Positions 45,911 through 55,837 of a DNA stretch of 64,000 nucleotides are shown in pieces; position 1 is the first letter of the stretch; every line of letters begins with the position of its first letter. The notes under the pieces were generated by a model. It was not told the DNA's origin and made no database searches. It saw only the letters and a list, made by a program, of their open reading frames with translations. The translations under genes and the position numbers were made by a program. Location of the stretch: the IMG/VR virus record IMGVR_UViG_3300033149_003774; one strand, given 5' to 3'. Source of the stretch: an uncultured virus (IMG/VR IMGVR_UViG_3300033149_003774). Lineage: Duplodnaviria > Heunggongvirae > Uroviricota > Caudoviricetes.

Positions 45911-47731
45911 TTACCGTTCTTCTACCTTGAAATGTCTGCGCTCACCAAACTCGTGACGCTTCCCTTTATTCCAATTATGAACCTCGGAGAAATACCCAGT
46001 CACTCTGCTCCATACCTCACACTCAGAACCACATATGGGACACTTCCACACTTCACCAGACATCACTCCATGTTTAGGGCAAATACTCGTGGTGGGAGAA
46101 TATGTTATGTATGGGAGCGGTGTATTCTCGATAATTCGTCTCAGCAGTTTAGACACTCCTTCCCACGGTGGACGTGCCTCATTTCCCCATATATGAAAAA
46201 CAGTTCCTCCAGTATATAATGGTTGAATTTGACTTTGGTGTTCTAAGACGAAACCAAATGGATCGCTTGTTGAAACTGGAAGATAAGTGCTATTCGTATA
46301 ATAAGGTGAATCTTTTTCACCTGCCGTTATGATGTCGGGAAACTCTTTTTTATCCTCCATAGCAAGTCTATAAGCCGTCCCTTCTGCTGGCGTTGCTTCA
46401 AGGTTATACATATTTTCAGTTTCATCTTGAAATTCAATCAACTTCTCTCTCATATGTTTCATAACGCGTAATGTGAACTTCAAGCCAGCAGAAGAAGCAA
46501 TACCCTCTCCAAGAAGATTCCTGCAAGCCTCATCCATACCTATCAAACCGATGGTATTAAAATGGTTCTTCCAATATCCACCAAACCTTTCATATATTGA
46601 CTGAAGATATATCTTACTATATGGATATTGTCCAGCCAGCGTCCACTCTTCCAATTTTTCCCGTTTCAATTCAAGAGAATCACTAGCCAACTCCATAGCA
46701 GTATCGAGAAGAGACAGAAATTCATCTTCATCTCTCGTGAGATACGCGATTAGCGGTAAATTCATCGTACACACGCCCACACTTCCTGTGAGGGGGTTCG
46801 CTCCGAAGAACCCACCACCTCTCTTTTTCAACTCACGCGAATTTATCCGCAGACGACAACACATACTACGTACATCCTCTGGATCTAAATCACTATTCAC
46901 AAAATTGGCAAAATACGGCGCACCACGAAGAGCAACCGCCCTGAACAAAACCCCATCATTCCAGTCAAAATCATTTGTGACGTTTAGCGTTTCAATGGGA
47001 AAGGGCTGCGGGCGTCCCTTCGCATCTCCCTCCATACGACACTCCCACCACGCTTCATTGAATATATCCATCTCATCCTGAAAATCACCATATACATCAT
47101 CAGAATATTTACCGCCAATTATTACTGGACTTTCTCTCATAATTTTTGGCACTTTTTGATCTAGTGTTATGTTAGTGAATGCTGCCTGTCCTCCAATTCT
47201 GGTGCGAACATTCATATTATAAATGAATTCCTGTAGTGCTTGTTTTACTTCTTCTTTTGTTAAACCATCCGCGGCTATGAACGGTGCAAGATAAGTATCA
47301 AAATCGTTTAATGCCTCCGCACCATCAGCCTCTCCCTGAAGAGTAAATAAAAAATTAACGGCTTGACCCAACGCAACTCCAAAGTGTTTTGGAGGCGCAC
47401 TCGTCTGCGTTCCAAATCCCCCCTTAAATCCAGTCCTCAAAATATCTTCGGTATTCCATCCAACACAATACGTTGTTCCTGCACCAAGATTATGGATATG
47501 AAAAAGTCTCCGTTTGAAGGCATTACGTATTTTCTCAGTATAGACTTTTTCAAGCCAATATTGAGACCACGCCGCTCTTGATATTGCCATATTTAACGCC
47601 ATATTTGAACGGGCAATATTGGCGTTTTCCTTCATCCACCACGGATCGCGGTAGAGATAGTCATCTATGATTTTATTCGTATCCAACAATTTTGAAATCC
47701 CTTCGACGCTACCTATAATGGATGCGCCCAT
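45911..47731 (-). CDS. nrdD: anaerobic (class III) ribonucleoside-triphosphate reductase
   Basis: YCVGW, SMCCRL, EATPAEG, CPKHG...CPICG, SRVTGY glycyl-radical loop. Confidence 0.95.
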   Translation of the reverse strand: MGASIIGSVEGISKLLDTNKIIDDYLYRDPWWMKENANIARSNMALNMAISRAAWSQYWLEKVYTEKIRNAFKRRLFHIHNLGAGTTYCVGWNTEDILRTGFKGGFGTQTSAPPKHFGVALGQAVNFLFTLQGEADGAEALNDFDTYLAPFIAADGLTKEEVKQALQEFIYNMNVRTRIGGQAAFTNITLDQKVPKIMRESPVIIGGKYSDDVYGDFQDEMDIFNEAWWECRMEGDAKGRPQPFPIETLNVTNDFDWNDGVLFRAVALRGAPYFANFVNSDLDPEDVRSMCCRLRINSRELKKRGGGFFGANPLTGSVGVCTMNLPLIAYLTRDEDEFLSLLDTAMELASDSLELKREKLEEWTLAGQYPYSKIYLQSIYERFGGYWKNHFNTIGLIGMDEACRNLLGEGIASSAGLKFTLRVMKHMREKLIEFQDETENMYNLEATPAEGTAYRLAMEDKKEFPDIITAGEKDSPYYTNSTYLPVSTSDPFGFVLEHQSQIQPLYTGGTVFHIWGNEARPPWEGVSKLLRRIIENTPLPYITYSPTTSICPKHGVMSGEVWKCPICGSECEVWSRVTGYFSEVHNWNKGKRHEFGERRHFKVEER

Positions 47732-47750
47732 TTATATATGTTTTTGTCCT

Positions 47751-48044
47751 CTAGTTGTGTTGTTTTTGATTCAAATTGTAACTTCGGAGAAACAGAGCCT
47801 CAAATTTTTTTACTTCATCTATTACTTCCCGCGTTCTTACGCCACGATCATATGATGCCTTATATTTAATCCCCCTCATAAACGCCTTATATTTTGTTTC
47901 GTTTCTAAAAAGAGTAAGTATAAAATCTAATGCCTCCGAAAAATTTCCCACATCATTCCCTTCCCTAAACATAACATCGGCGACAGATCTTATCATATCG
48001 AAGTTGTGGGGGTTTATTCTACAGCTTATTCTTATTTTGTTCAA
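47751..48044 (-). CDS. possible ribbon-helix-helix regulator
   Basis: KIRISCRI strand, NFSEALDFIL helix. Confidence 0.45.
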   Translation of the reverse strand: MNKIRISCRINPHNFDMIRSVADVMFREGNDVGNFSEALDFILTLFRNETKYKAFMRGIKYKASYDRGVRTREVIDEVKKFEALFLRSYNLNQKQHN

Positions 48045-48099
48045 TGTAACTCAACAAAAATTAGTATGTGATTGTATTATATAAATGTTTTTACAAAAC

Positions 48100-48882
48100 T
48101 CATATTATAATTCTGGCGTCTGGATCAGTAGTGTATATTATATTTCTAATTATTTTTTTCTTTATCATTTTGTTTTTTTCTTCTTTTGTTTTGTCGTTTA
48201 TTTTTGTGGTATTAGATTCAAGCGTCTCTTCTATCATTGGAACTGAGAAAGTCTCTTCGCCCTCTTTCATTATTATCCCTTCTGGGGTAATAGAGCAGAA
48301 TCCCCAAGGACACGGATCAAATGTTATGGTTTCCTCTATTGGTTTGATCTCTTCCACCTTAGCTTCCTGTTGTCCTCTTGGTATATCAGGAGAGAGTAAC
48401 TGAAGGTGGTTTGCAACCATACCGATGGCTTTTACAATTGGGTTTTTATATTTGTTGATCTTTCCAGTTGGAATGAATTTTTTTACAGCCCCACCGATGC
48501 TAAATCCCCATCCTCTTTTTATCCGAGAGATTAGATCTGGAAACCTTTTTGTGTTCCATACTTCAGCCCACGCACGTATTACTTTTTTTGCTCTGTCAAA
48601 AACGGTCTTAAATACTCGTCCAACATGATATGGCTCCCCTTTCTGATGTTTATATCCAACTCTACTGGAAGCCGGTTCAATAACCTTTTTTGCGCCATAA
48701 TATATTGGCATTCCCTGAAGAGATCTGGCTATCTGTTCCCCCTCTTCAACAAGATATTCCCTACCATTTCCAGTAACAGAGTTGAGCTTTAAAACAACAC
48801 CAGATATGATGACTCTATCTCCAAAAGTTTCCTCGATTTCAATTGGAGAAGTTATTACAAAATTATATTTAAATTCTTCCAT
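48100..48882 (-). CDS. prohead maturation protease-like protein
   Basis: ISGVVL...NGREY, His region, GFSIGG serine motif. Confidence 0.65.
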   Translation of the reverse strand: MEEFKYNFVITSPIEIEETFGDRVIISGVVLKLNSVTGNGREYLVEEGEQIARSLQGMPIYYGAKKVIEPASSRVGYKHQKGEPYHVGRVFKTVFDRAKKVIRAWAEVWNTKRFPDLISRIKRGWGFSIGGAVKKFIPTGKINKYKNPIVKAIGMVANHLQLLSPDIPRGQQEAKVEEIKPIEETITFDPCPWGFCSITPEGIIMKEGEETFSVPMIEETLESNTTKINDKTKEEKNKMIKKKIIRNIIYTTDPDARIII

Positions 48883-49405
48883 TCTTTCTTCTCACCTTGA
48901 GGAACCAATTTAGTGTTTCGAGTGCTTCTTCGGTTGGAACGCCCATCGGACCCTCTCCCTTACCCCTACCAAGTCCGCGTCCACGTCCCCCACTCCTTAT
49001 TTTACTTCCTTTTAAGAGGGGATAAGGTGGTTTTTGACCACTCTTCTTGAAATACGCTATAAGTTTTTCTCGTATTTTTATTTTTTCTTTTGGTGGAGTG
49101 GAATCCGATTTTAGTGCCTTTATTGCTTCTACGACCCATCTTGGGTAAGTCGTTCCCCCCTCTTCAACGACCCACCTAACGATCTCTTCAATTGTTTCCT
49201 GTGTCTTCTTTGGCATTGGTTTCATCTCCGCTCCCCTTCCATATTTTTTTGCTATAACACCAAAAAATACACTCCATGCTTTTTCGGGGATGCATATTTT
49301 TCCTCCCCCTTTTAGTTCACGACATTTTTTCGTTCCTTCAGAGTAAGTTTTACCCAAAGCGCGTATCATGGAAACCCAACTCTTGTCTATGGGCATACGT
49401 TTCAC
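48869..49405 (-). CDS. hypothetical basic protein, probably head-associated
   Basis: GRGRGLGRGKGEGPMG segment; co-oriented with the protease. Confidence 0.55.
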   Translation of the reverse strand: MKRMPIDKSWVSMIRALGKTYSEGTKKCRELKGGGKICIPEKAWSVFFGVIAKKYGRGAEMKPMPKKTQETIEEIVRWVVEEGGTTYPRWVVEAIKALKSDSTPPKEKIKIREKLIAYFKKSGQKPPYPLLKGSKIRSGGRGRGLGRGKGEGPMGVPTEEALETLNWFLKVRRKNGRI

Positions 49406-49417
49406 CCTTTTATGAGA

Positions 49418-49786
49418 CTAATCTTTCTTTCTAATTCTCTCAAACCATTCGAGAGTTTCATTTGAGGTTTTCTTGTATTTTTTTAATGTGTCCTCAGAAA
49501 TTTCTATACCATATCTTTTTGCTCTTCTTTTGAGACACGCAAAAATTCTTCGTCTTGTTTCTGGAGGGAGTCTGTTTCCAAACGTTCCTAGTCTTGCTAT
49601 GGCATTTCTAACATGTTTTGCATCGTGAGCTGGGTATGTTCTGTTTGGACCACAAAACGCACTTGAGGGGAGTTTTTGTCTTTTTTTATACGATAATACA
49701 GCCTCCTCAGCATTAAAGTTTCTCTCATATTTCTCTAGTGCTTCTTTGAACTCTTCAAAGGTTAGATCTGATTTTTCCATCTTCAT
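49418..49786 (-). CDS. head-associated small protein
   Basis: LPSSAFCGPNRTYPAHDAKHVRNAIAR, a motif type seen in phage prohead-associated proteins. Confidence 0.6.
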   Translation of the reverse strand: MKMEKSDLTFEEFKEALEKYERNFNAEEAVLSYKKRQKLPSSAFCGPNRTYPAHDAKHVRNAIARLGTFGNRLPPETRRRIFACLKRRAKRYGIEISEDTLKKYKKTSNETLEWFERIRKKD

Positions 49787-49909
49787 TCAATAAAATATAT
49801 GTATAAAACACCATATAAATCTTGTGTTTGATTCTTGTAATAGTAACAAAAAATAGAAAATTTGGAAACATTTAAATATACCAATAGGCTTTATTCAAAG
49901 CGAAGAAAA

Positions 49910-50485
49910 ATGAAGTTTTGTCCCAAATGTGATTCTTTTATGAAAAGAACACCAGATGGGTATTTGAGATGTAGCAGGGGACATATAATAAGTGATGAAG
50001 TAACAAAAAAGATACAAAAAAACATCGTAAAAAGAATAGAGAAGAAAAAAGAGAGGATATTTAAAAGTGTTTTTTCTTTACTTGATGGAGATGAAGACAC
50101 ATTAGTTTTTAGATTAATAAACCCATTTATGGAGCGACAACGCAGAGGACTTACGAGAAATCCAGAATCGTTTAAGGTTTATGAGGAATTACATAGTATG
50201 GAAGAGGAATATCCACCAGAAAAATTTATGTATATTCGTGGCGATTTGTGGTCTGATGGTCCACGAGAACTCAAAGGTGGTTATATTATTTGTTCAAAAA
50301 ACATTGCCTACAAAGTAAAGAATAGAATTGAAAAAATAAAACTAAAAGAGGGGAATTATACATTAGAACAGTTTAAGATACCAGAGTCCGAAGTTCAGAA
50401 GCTGATTAAGAAGCTGAATTCAAAGTTTTTATTGGAAGCCAAACGTTTTAGCACACTACCAACGAAGGAAAAAATCTCGTTTTGA
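49910..50485 (+). CDS. protein with N-terminal TFS/RpoM-like zinc ribbon
   Basis: MKFCPKCDSFM...YLRCSRGH. Confidence 0.55.
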   Translation: MKFCPKCDSFMKRTPDGYLRCSRGHIISDEVTKKIQKNIVKRIEKKKERIFKSVFSLLDGDEDTLVFRLINPFMERQRRGLTRNPESFKVYEELHSMEEEYPPEKFMYIRGDLWSDGPRELKGGYIICSKNIAYKVKNRIEKIKLKEGNYTLEQFKIPESEVQKLIKKLNSKFLLEAKRFSTLPTKEKISF

Positions 50486-50498
50486 TCCCTAAAAATAT

Positions 50499-51002
50499 GT
50501 GGTAAAAACGATGGTTCTTTTAGATGCGACCGCCGGAAACAGAATGATGTGGAAAAACAAGAACCCACCACTAACGGTTTTTATGGATAAAAACGCCCTT
50601 TCGCCAAGACCTCCAGACGTTGTTGGAGTATGGGAATTTCTCCCATTTAGAGATGATGTTTTTGAATGTGTGATCTTTGATCCACCACACAAACACGGAC
50701 GAACTACGGGACGTGGATTGTGGGCTACTCCGACCAGCTCTTCATATTATGGTATCGATATACCAAGGATAAAATTTCTCAGCGGCGTTTATAGAGGAAC
50801 GCGGGAATTTCTTAGGGTTTCCAAGAGACTTTGTTTCAAATGGAATGACATTGAAATGAGTGTATCGCGCGTTCTTTCTCTTTTTCCAAAGGAGTGGAAG
50901 GAAGTCTACAGGCGCGTGATAGATAAGGGATTAAAGACCAAAACTCTGACGTTCTGGATAACCTTCGTGCGGTCAAAACATTTAAATACTTCTTCGTATT
51001 AG
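50499..51002 (+). CDS. small DNA amino-methyltransferase
   Basis: LDATAGNRMMW, IFDPPH, FKWND. Confidence 0.8.
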   Translation: MVKTMVLLDATAGNRMMWKNKNPPLTVFMDKNALSPRPPDVVGVWEFLPFRDDVFECVIFDPPHKHGRTTGRGLWATPTSSSYYGIDIPRIKFLSGVYRGTREFLRVSKRLCFKWNDIEMSVSRVLSLFPKEWKEVYRRVIDKGLKTKTLTFWITFVRSKHLNTSSY

Positions 51003-51005
51003 ATA

Positions 51006-51554
51006 TTGGCGGTTGGGTTTATGACAGAAAAGAAAGAAAAGACGAGTTGGGCTTCCTTCATTCCAACTGAGGAGGATATGGAAGCCATAAAGAGTGATGC
51101 AGAAAGACAGGCGGCGTTGGATAACATTCAATTCGGTATTTTTCGGACGCTCCAGCTTATTTACCTCGAATTGAAGCGAGCGAATGATTGGGTTATAAAT
51201 GGAGTGGACAATCAAAAAACAACAGAACCTACAATATCTCCTCCACAAAAAACTGAAGAAAAACGAACGGTTGAAGTAGCTCCAACGATTCCTAAAAATA
51301 TTGAAGAGGAATCAGAAATTATAGATTTTTACAAAAAAGAGATCTCTGGTATTACACTTTACGACGGTTCTCCTCTACCAGACAAAATTCTAAATGGTCT
51401 CAAGATAGCCGTGGAAGAGGACAGGGTGCTTCTGAAGATTCCTTGGGACGATGACAAAAGATATTGGGCCGCAATAATGAATTATGTTAGGAAGATTGGT
51501 GGAGAGTGGGTTCGTGATGGGGCGAACAGTCATTTTCTTCTTCCAAAAACATAA
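51006..51554 (+). CDS. hypothetical protein
   Basis: 182-aa ORF. Confidence 0.55.
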   Translation: MAVGFMTEKKEKTSWASFIPTEEDMEAIKSDAERQAALDNIQFGIFRTLQLIYLELKRANDWVINGVDNQKTTEPTISPPQKTEEKRTVEVAPTIPKNIEEESEIIDFYKKEISGITLYDGSPLPDKILNGLKIAVEEDRVLLKIPWDDDKRYWAAIMNYVRKIGGEWVRDGANSHFLLPKT

Positions 51555-51584
51555 CCCTTTTATATACCAAAAATATTTTAATAT

Positions 51585-52574
51585 GTGATGTCGATGATGA
51601 AAAGTAACGTTACTGGTGTATTTCTGGATTCAGATTTTGAAAGATCTATTGATATCAACCTTCCACTTGTGAAGGCAACAAAGACTACAGAATTTAATGA
51701 TGGAATACTCGATCATATGATAAACTATTATGGGGAAATAATGTTTATGGGTGATATGCACATTGGACACTCCGCCCACTCTAGCAACCCGTTTAACGCC
51801 CACCTTCATTTTTTAAATGAACATCCCAATATTATGCTCGGTCTTATGGGCGACTATATAGAATATGCTGGAAAAACAAATTTTGTCAGAGATGAAATTA
51901 TGAACGTTGACGACCAAATTGATCTTCTAGTAAAAAAACTTAAACCTCTGGCAAAAAGAATTATTTTTATGTTATATGGTAATCACGAGGAACGTCATGT
52001 TCGATATACTGGTTCTAGGAGGTTTCTAAGGGGAGTGGCGCGGGAAATAGGTGTTCCAGAAAGTGTGTATGTTGGCAAACCACAGAGAGGCGTATATGCG
52101 GCAATTACTGCTGGTAAGAGAACATATGGTTTATATGCACATCATAGCTTGACAAGCGCAAAGATAAATAGGGCATTACAGCTAAAACGTGCTGGTTCTC
52201 AGAATGTTTTTTCAATCATAGCACAAGGACACACACACGAACTGGGTTGGCTTCCAAGAACGTTCATAGAACCAATAGTGACTGAGGTGGGCATAGTAAG
52301 ACAAATTAGGAGACAGTATCTATTGGCTACTGGTTGTTTCGTAAAGGAACCATCTTATGCTGAAGCTAGAAGTTATCCATATACGGTTGTTGGTGCGCCG
52401 ATTGTTAGATTTTACGCCAATAAAGATAAATTGGATGAATATGATCTTACACAGGATTATAAGGAATATCTAACTCGTGGCGGCATACCATTTGGTGCTG
52501 AAACTGGGGTAGAAAATTGGAGTGGTTTGAGAGGACGTTATGGTGTTGTTAGAACATGCCTTTCATCGAAATAG
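51585..52574 (+). CDS. calcineurin-like metallophosphoesterase
   Basis: GDMHIGH, GDYIE, GNHEER, GHTH. Confidence 0.85.
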   Translation: MMSMMKSNVTGVFLDSDFERSIDINLPLVKATKTTEFNDGILDHMINYYGEIMFMGDMHIGHSAHSSNPFNAHLHFLNEHPNIMLGLMGDYIEYAGKTNFVRDEIMNVDDQIDLLVKKLKPLAKRIIFMLYGNHEERHVRYTGSRRFLRGVAREIGVPESVYVGKPQRGVYAAITAGKRTYGLYAHHSLTSAKINRALQLKRAGSQNVFSIIAQGHTHELGWLPRTFIEPIVTEVGIVRQIRRQYLLATGCFVKEPSYAEARSYPYTVVGAPIVRFYANKDKLDEYDLTQDYKEYLTRGGIPFGAETGVENWSGLRGRYGVVRTCLSSK

Positions 52575-52876
52575 GAAGAAAAGTTGATTGGGTCAGCATA
52601 AAAAGCAAGTCCCTAACGATTTGCAAGTCAATAAGAGATTCCTTTTTTATGTTGGCTGAACCAGTTGAAAATAATATATATTATAACGTCAGGATTTTTT
52701 ATGATGAAGAAGAAAATCTTCTTGGATTAAAACCCGATGAAGAAGGATACAAAATAAATCGAAAAGGAGAAGTCAGGTGTTCAATACTTCCCCGCGAAAT
52801 TTCGGTTGGAACATACGAATGTAAATATGACAAAGAAAAAAAGATGGTAATTGTTGATCTAAATAAAACAATTTAG
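52556..52876 (+). CDS. hypothetical protein
   Basis: 106-aa ORF. Confidence 0.55.
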   Translation: MPFIEIGRKVDWVSIKSKSLTICKSIRDSFFMLAEPVENNIYYNVRIFYDEEENLLGLKPDEEGYKINRKGEVRCSILPREISVGTYECKYDKEKKMVIVDLNKTI

Positions 52877-52877
52877 T

Positions 52878-54491
52878 TTACCATATGCTTATTGTTTTAT
52901 TTGATATTTCTGGAAGGATATTAATGACATCAGGTTCATAGTCTATCATACTATAGATGAGGGAATCGAATGAGTGATCGTTGTGCTTGAGTATATTTCC
53001 GCTGGAGTCATAAGATAGTTCCGAGAGCGAATTAATAAGGAATGTAAATTTCTTTGGAATGAATAATTTATGTTGTTCTATAAAACGCTTTGTTTTTTGG
53101 ACATAGTAGTGTTTTTTCACTCCCCCTCCCAATTTCCAAATGTGTGGTGTGGAATAACCCTTATCTTCTAGGATTTGAAGCATCATTCTTTCTTCAGGAT
53201 CAGCAAATACGATCCATACGTGATATTGTTTTAGTTTTTCTTCTACCCAATTAAGAACCTCTTCCGAACGTAGTCCAACCCTTTCATCGCTATACAAAAC
53301 ATAGATTATACCTTCCCGTTCCCCAGGCACAGTCATAGCGTTGGGCGCAACATCTCCAAAATCTATACCCACTCTTCTGTTGCCTATCATACTAAGTTCC
53401 AGTCCCTTCTTTTTCATCATAGGACAATATTCTGTATAAGGTCTGCACTCATCACACGGTTTGCCATTTTCGGTCCATTTTGAGCCATCACAAATGCAAG
53501 CCGCCAAGTCCTCTCGACTAAATACCAAGCCAGTACCTTTGGAGATTCCACCGAGAATTTCTACGAGCCATTGATCATCAGAACTTCTCTTGCGCAGGTT
53601 CTTTATGTTTTCTGTAGTCTCCCACCAGACATTACTTATCCAATGTTCTGGATTTTTATCCTTATATAAGACAGTATCCACGTAGTCCCAATTTGGTGTT
53701 TTTCCATCCTCCAAGAACCATTTTGGGCTTATATGTCTAGCCATACTCCATCTATAACGTTTATATCCTAGTTTTTTGTAATTCTTCCACATCTTTATGA
53801 ATATTCCAGTCGCCAACTGAGCAGTACTGATGTATCCTAAGATGGGATCAGGAGAACTCGTAGTTTGGTATGCCGCCGCCTCTATCGCCGCCGCACCCTC
53901 CTTGCTTTTTCCCTCTCCAGAACACACCTCATCTATATGAACTTCTCTTACATGTGGACTTCGCGCTCCCGTTTGACTGCAAGCCGGAAAGTAGACTATT
54001 GATCCCCATTTGGATTCTATATGTGGAGGTTCTTTTGTGCTTTCAACAGAACGTGAAACACAACGATTGATCTCATCAACCTGATTACGCCAGAAATCTA
54101 TGTAGCGTTTACACTTCATGTTTTGTGAGGAGGAGCCGCCCATAATGGTCATAGTCCAATAATCAAAACAGCACATACGCCAACAGGCATAGATGGCTAG
54201 AACGTAGGTCTTCCCAGCACCTCTTGCGGCGAGTAAGACATATCCAGCGAAGCCGCGCTTCCACAGGTCATTCAAAAATGTTTTTTGTCCCTCTGAAAGA
54301 ACGTTGAACTCTGGAATTCTACCAAGATCTGGATGCATTGGATTTTCTGGCCAACATGGAAGAACCTCTTGGGCAAATCTTACTGGACCAGCTTCTCTCC
54401 AGTATGCGCGCCACTTCTCTATTTCCTCTTCTGGATCTTTCTTTTTGCGCTTTCTTTTGACCTTCCGAAGTTTTTTATATCCAAGCGACAT
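52878..54491 (-). CDS. terL: terminase large subunit
   Basis: AARGAGKT, VHIDEV, IST coupling motif, GIDFG, ADPE, NDHSFDSLIY. Confidence 0.9.
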   Translation of the reverse strand: MSLGYKKLRKVKRKRKKKDPEEEIEKWRAYWREAGPVRFAQEVLPCWPENPMHPDLGRIPEFNVLSEGQKTFLNDLWKRGFAGYVLLAARGAGKTYVLAIYACWRMCCFDYWTMTIMGGSSSQNMKCKRYIDFWRNQVDEINRCVSRSVESTKEPPHIESKWGSIVYFPACSQTGARSPHVREVHIDEVCSGEGKSKEGAAAIEAAAYQTTSSPDPILGYISTAQLATGIFIKMWKNYKKLGYKRYRWSMARHISPKWFLEDGKTPNWDYVDTVLYKDKNPEHWISNVWWETTENIKNLRKRSSDDQWLVEILGGISKGTGLVFSREDLAACICDGSKWTENGKPCDECRPYTEYCPMMKKKGLELSMIGNRRVGIDFGDVAPNAMTVPGEREGIIYVLYSDERVGLRSEEVLNWVEEKLKQYHVWIVFADPEERMMLQILEDKGYSTPHIWKLGGGVKKHYYVQKTKRFIEQHKLFIPKKFTFLINSLSELSYDSSGNILKHNDHSFDSLIYSMIDYEPDVINILPEISNKTISIW

Positions 54492-54518
54492 TTCGATTCA
54501 GCACGTTTAAGATTCCTT

Positions 54519-55631
54519 TTATACGACGCCGTAACTGGCTCCGCCCCAATTTTTAAGACAACGCCAGTAATTCTTTAGCATATAGGTTCTAACACCAAGC
54601 AATCCCTCCCGTGATGAATCCTGATCTAGTTCTAACGTTTCACCAAATACCTCAAAACTGGTTTGTCTGTAGCGTATTCCACGCAAATAATCTATTATAT
54701 ATATTCCACAAAGCCATTCGGCCGCTTCAGATATATAGGATGGCGTTGAAGCGAGAAATGGATCATAACCATATGTAACAGAAAATGGATAATTCTCTGA
54801 TGGTGCAGTCTCACTAGAAATATTATCAGCCACCGAAACGTGGAAGAGGCCTTCTGGGGCAGTAAAACTCCAACCATCGGCAAAACACATATTATCCAAA
54901 TAAATGGTACATGCGCCGTTCGCCCTCACCTCGACGTATTGTAGTGGAGTATCATCCCAATCTATCGTATCGGTAAGTTCATCTATATCTAGCCAAATAT
55001 ATTGACCAACCCCAGCTTGTCGCAGAGATATGGTTTCTTCTTCATAGTTTCCGTCTTTGTCATAGAGACGAATTGTTATGGTCGGCGTTAATGTGCTAAC
55101 ACGCATCCAGAAGAATAAATCATCATATGTATCTATTATTGTATCCAAATCCTTCGTGGAAGGATAATATGCGTTCCCAGAGGCAGAAAAAACCATCTTC
55201 AATCCATAACTTCCAGCCTTTTTTATACTCGATTCGTCTGTGATGGTCACATTTGAGCCAGTCCAATCTGAGGAGGTGTTTTCTGTCCACTCATCGCAGT
55301 CCTCAGGCCACGGTCTTTGTTTTCTTGTTCCGCCAAAAGCGGCATTATAGACCTTTACAAGTCCATCTGTCGGATCATAATCGCCTAGAGTTAAATAGTC
55401 TTCATCTCTTGGTCCCAATTTAAATATGTTTTTGTTTCCATCACCTAGGTGGAGTTCATTATGGATAACAATCGGATAGTTTATATCTTCTCTTATTTTG
55501 TTTTCCGCATCAGATATAAAACCAGATATAAGAGTTGAAACCTCCGTTTCGGTTTTTCCTGAAAGCGTCTGGATATTGGAAGAACTCATGCCTGTTCTAT
55601 CATAAATTTTCGATTCTGTAGTGTATGCCAT
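54519..55631 (-). CDS. head-tail adaptor-like protein with inserted beta-rich domain
   Basis: MAYTT...ISDAENKI N-terminus and TYGY...TPSYISEA C-terminal part; jelly-roll-like insert. Confidence 0.55.
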   Translation of the reverse strand: MAYTTESKIYDRTGMSSSNIQTLSGKTETEVSTLISGFISDAENKIREDINYPIVIHNELHLGDGNKNIFKLGPRDEDYLTLGDYDPTDGLVKVYNAAFGGTRKQRPWPEDCDEWTENTSSDWTGSNVTITDESSIKKAGSYGLKMVFSASGNAYYPSTKDLDTIIDTYDDLFFWMRVSTLTPTITIRLYDKDGNYEEETISLRQAGVGQYIWLDIDELTDTIDWDDTPLQYVEVRANGACTIYLDNMCFADGWSFTAPEGLFHVSVADNISSETAPSENYPFSVTYGYDPFLASTPSYISEAAEWLCGIYIIDYLRGIRYRQTSFEVFGETLELDQDSSREGLLGVRTYMLKNYWRCLKNWGGASYGVV

Positions 55632-55837
55632 ACTCTATCACCATTTTATATACAGTTCGGACTAAATAAATCTTGTGTTTGTTGAACATTTTTATCAGTT
55701 CAAAAGGTTTAAATATTGCGCCTTGGCTATATCTGGGTGGTTTAGGAAATGGAGAGAATTTATACGGTTGGTTTTTTTACCACTCCCAATCTATGTCAGA
55801 TAGAGAAAAATAATGATTGTATATCAGAGGTGTAATT

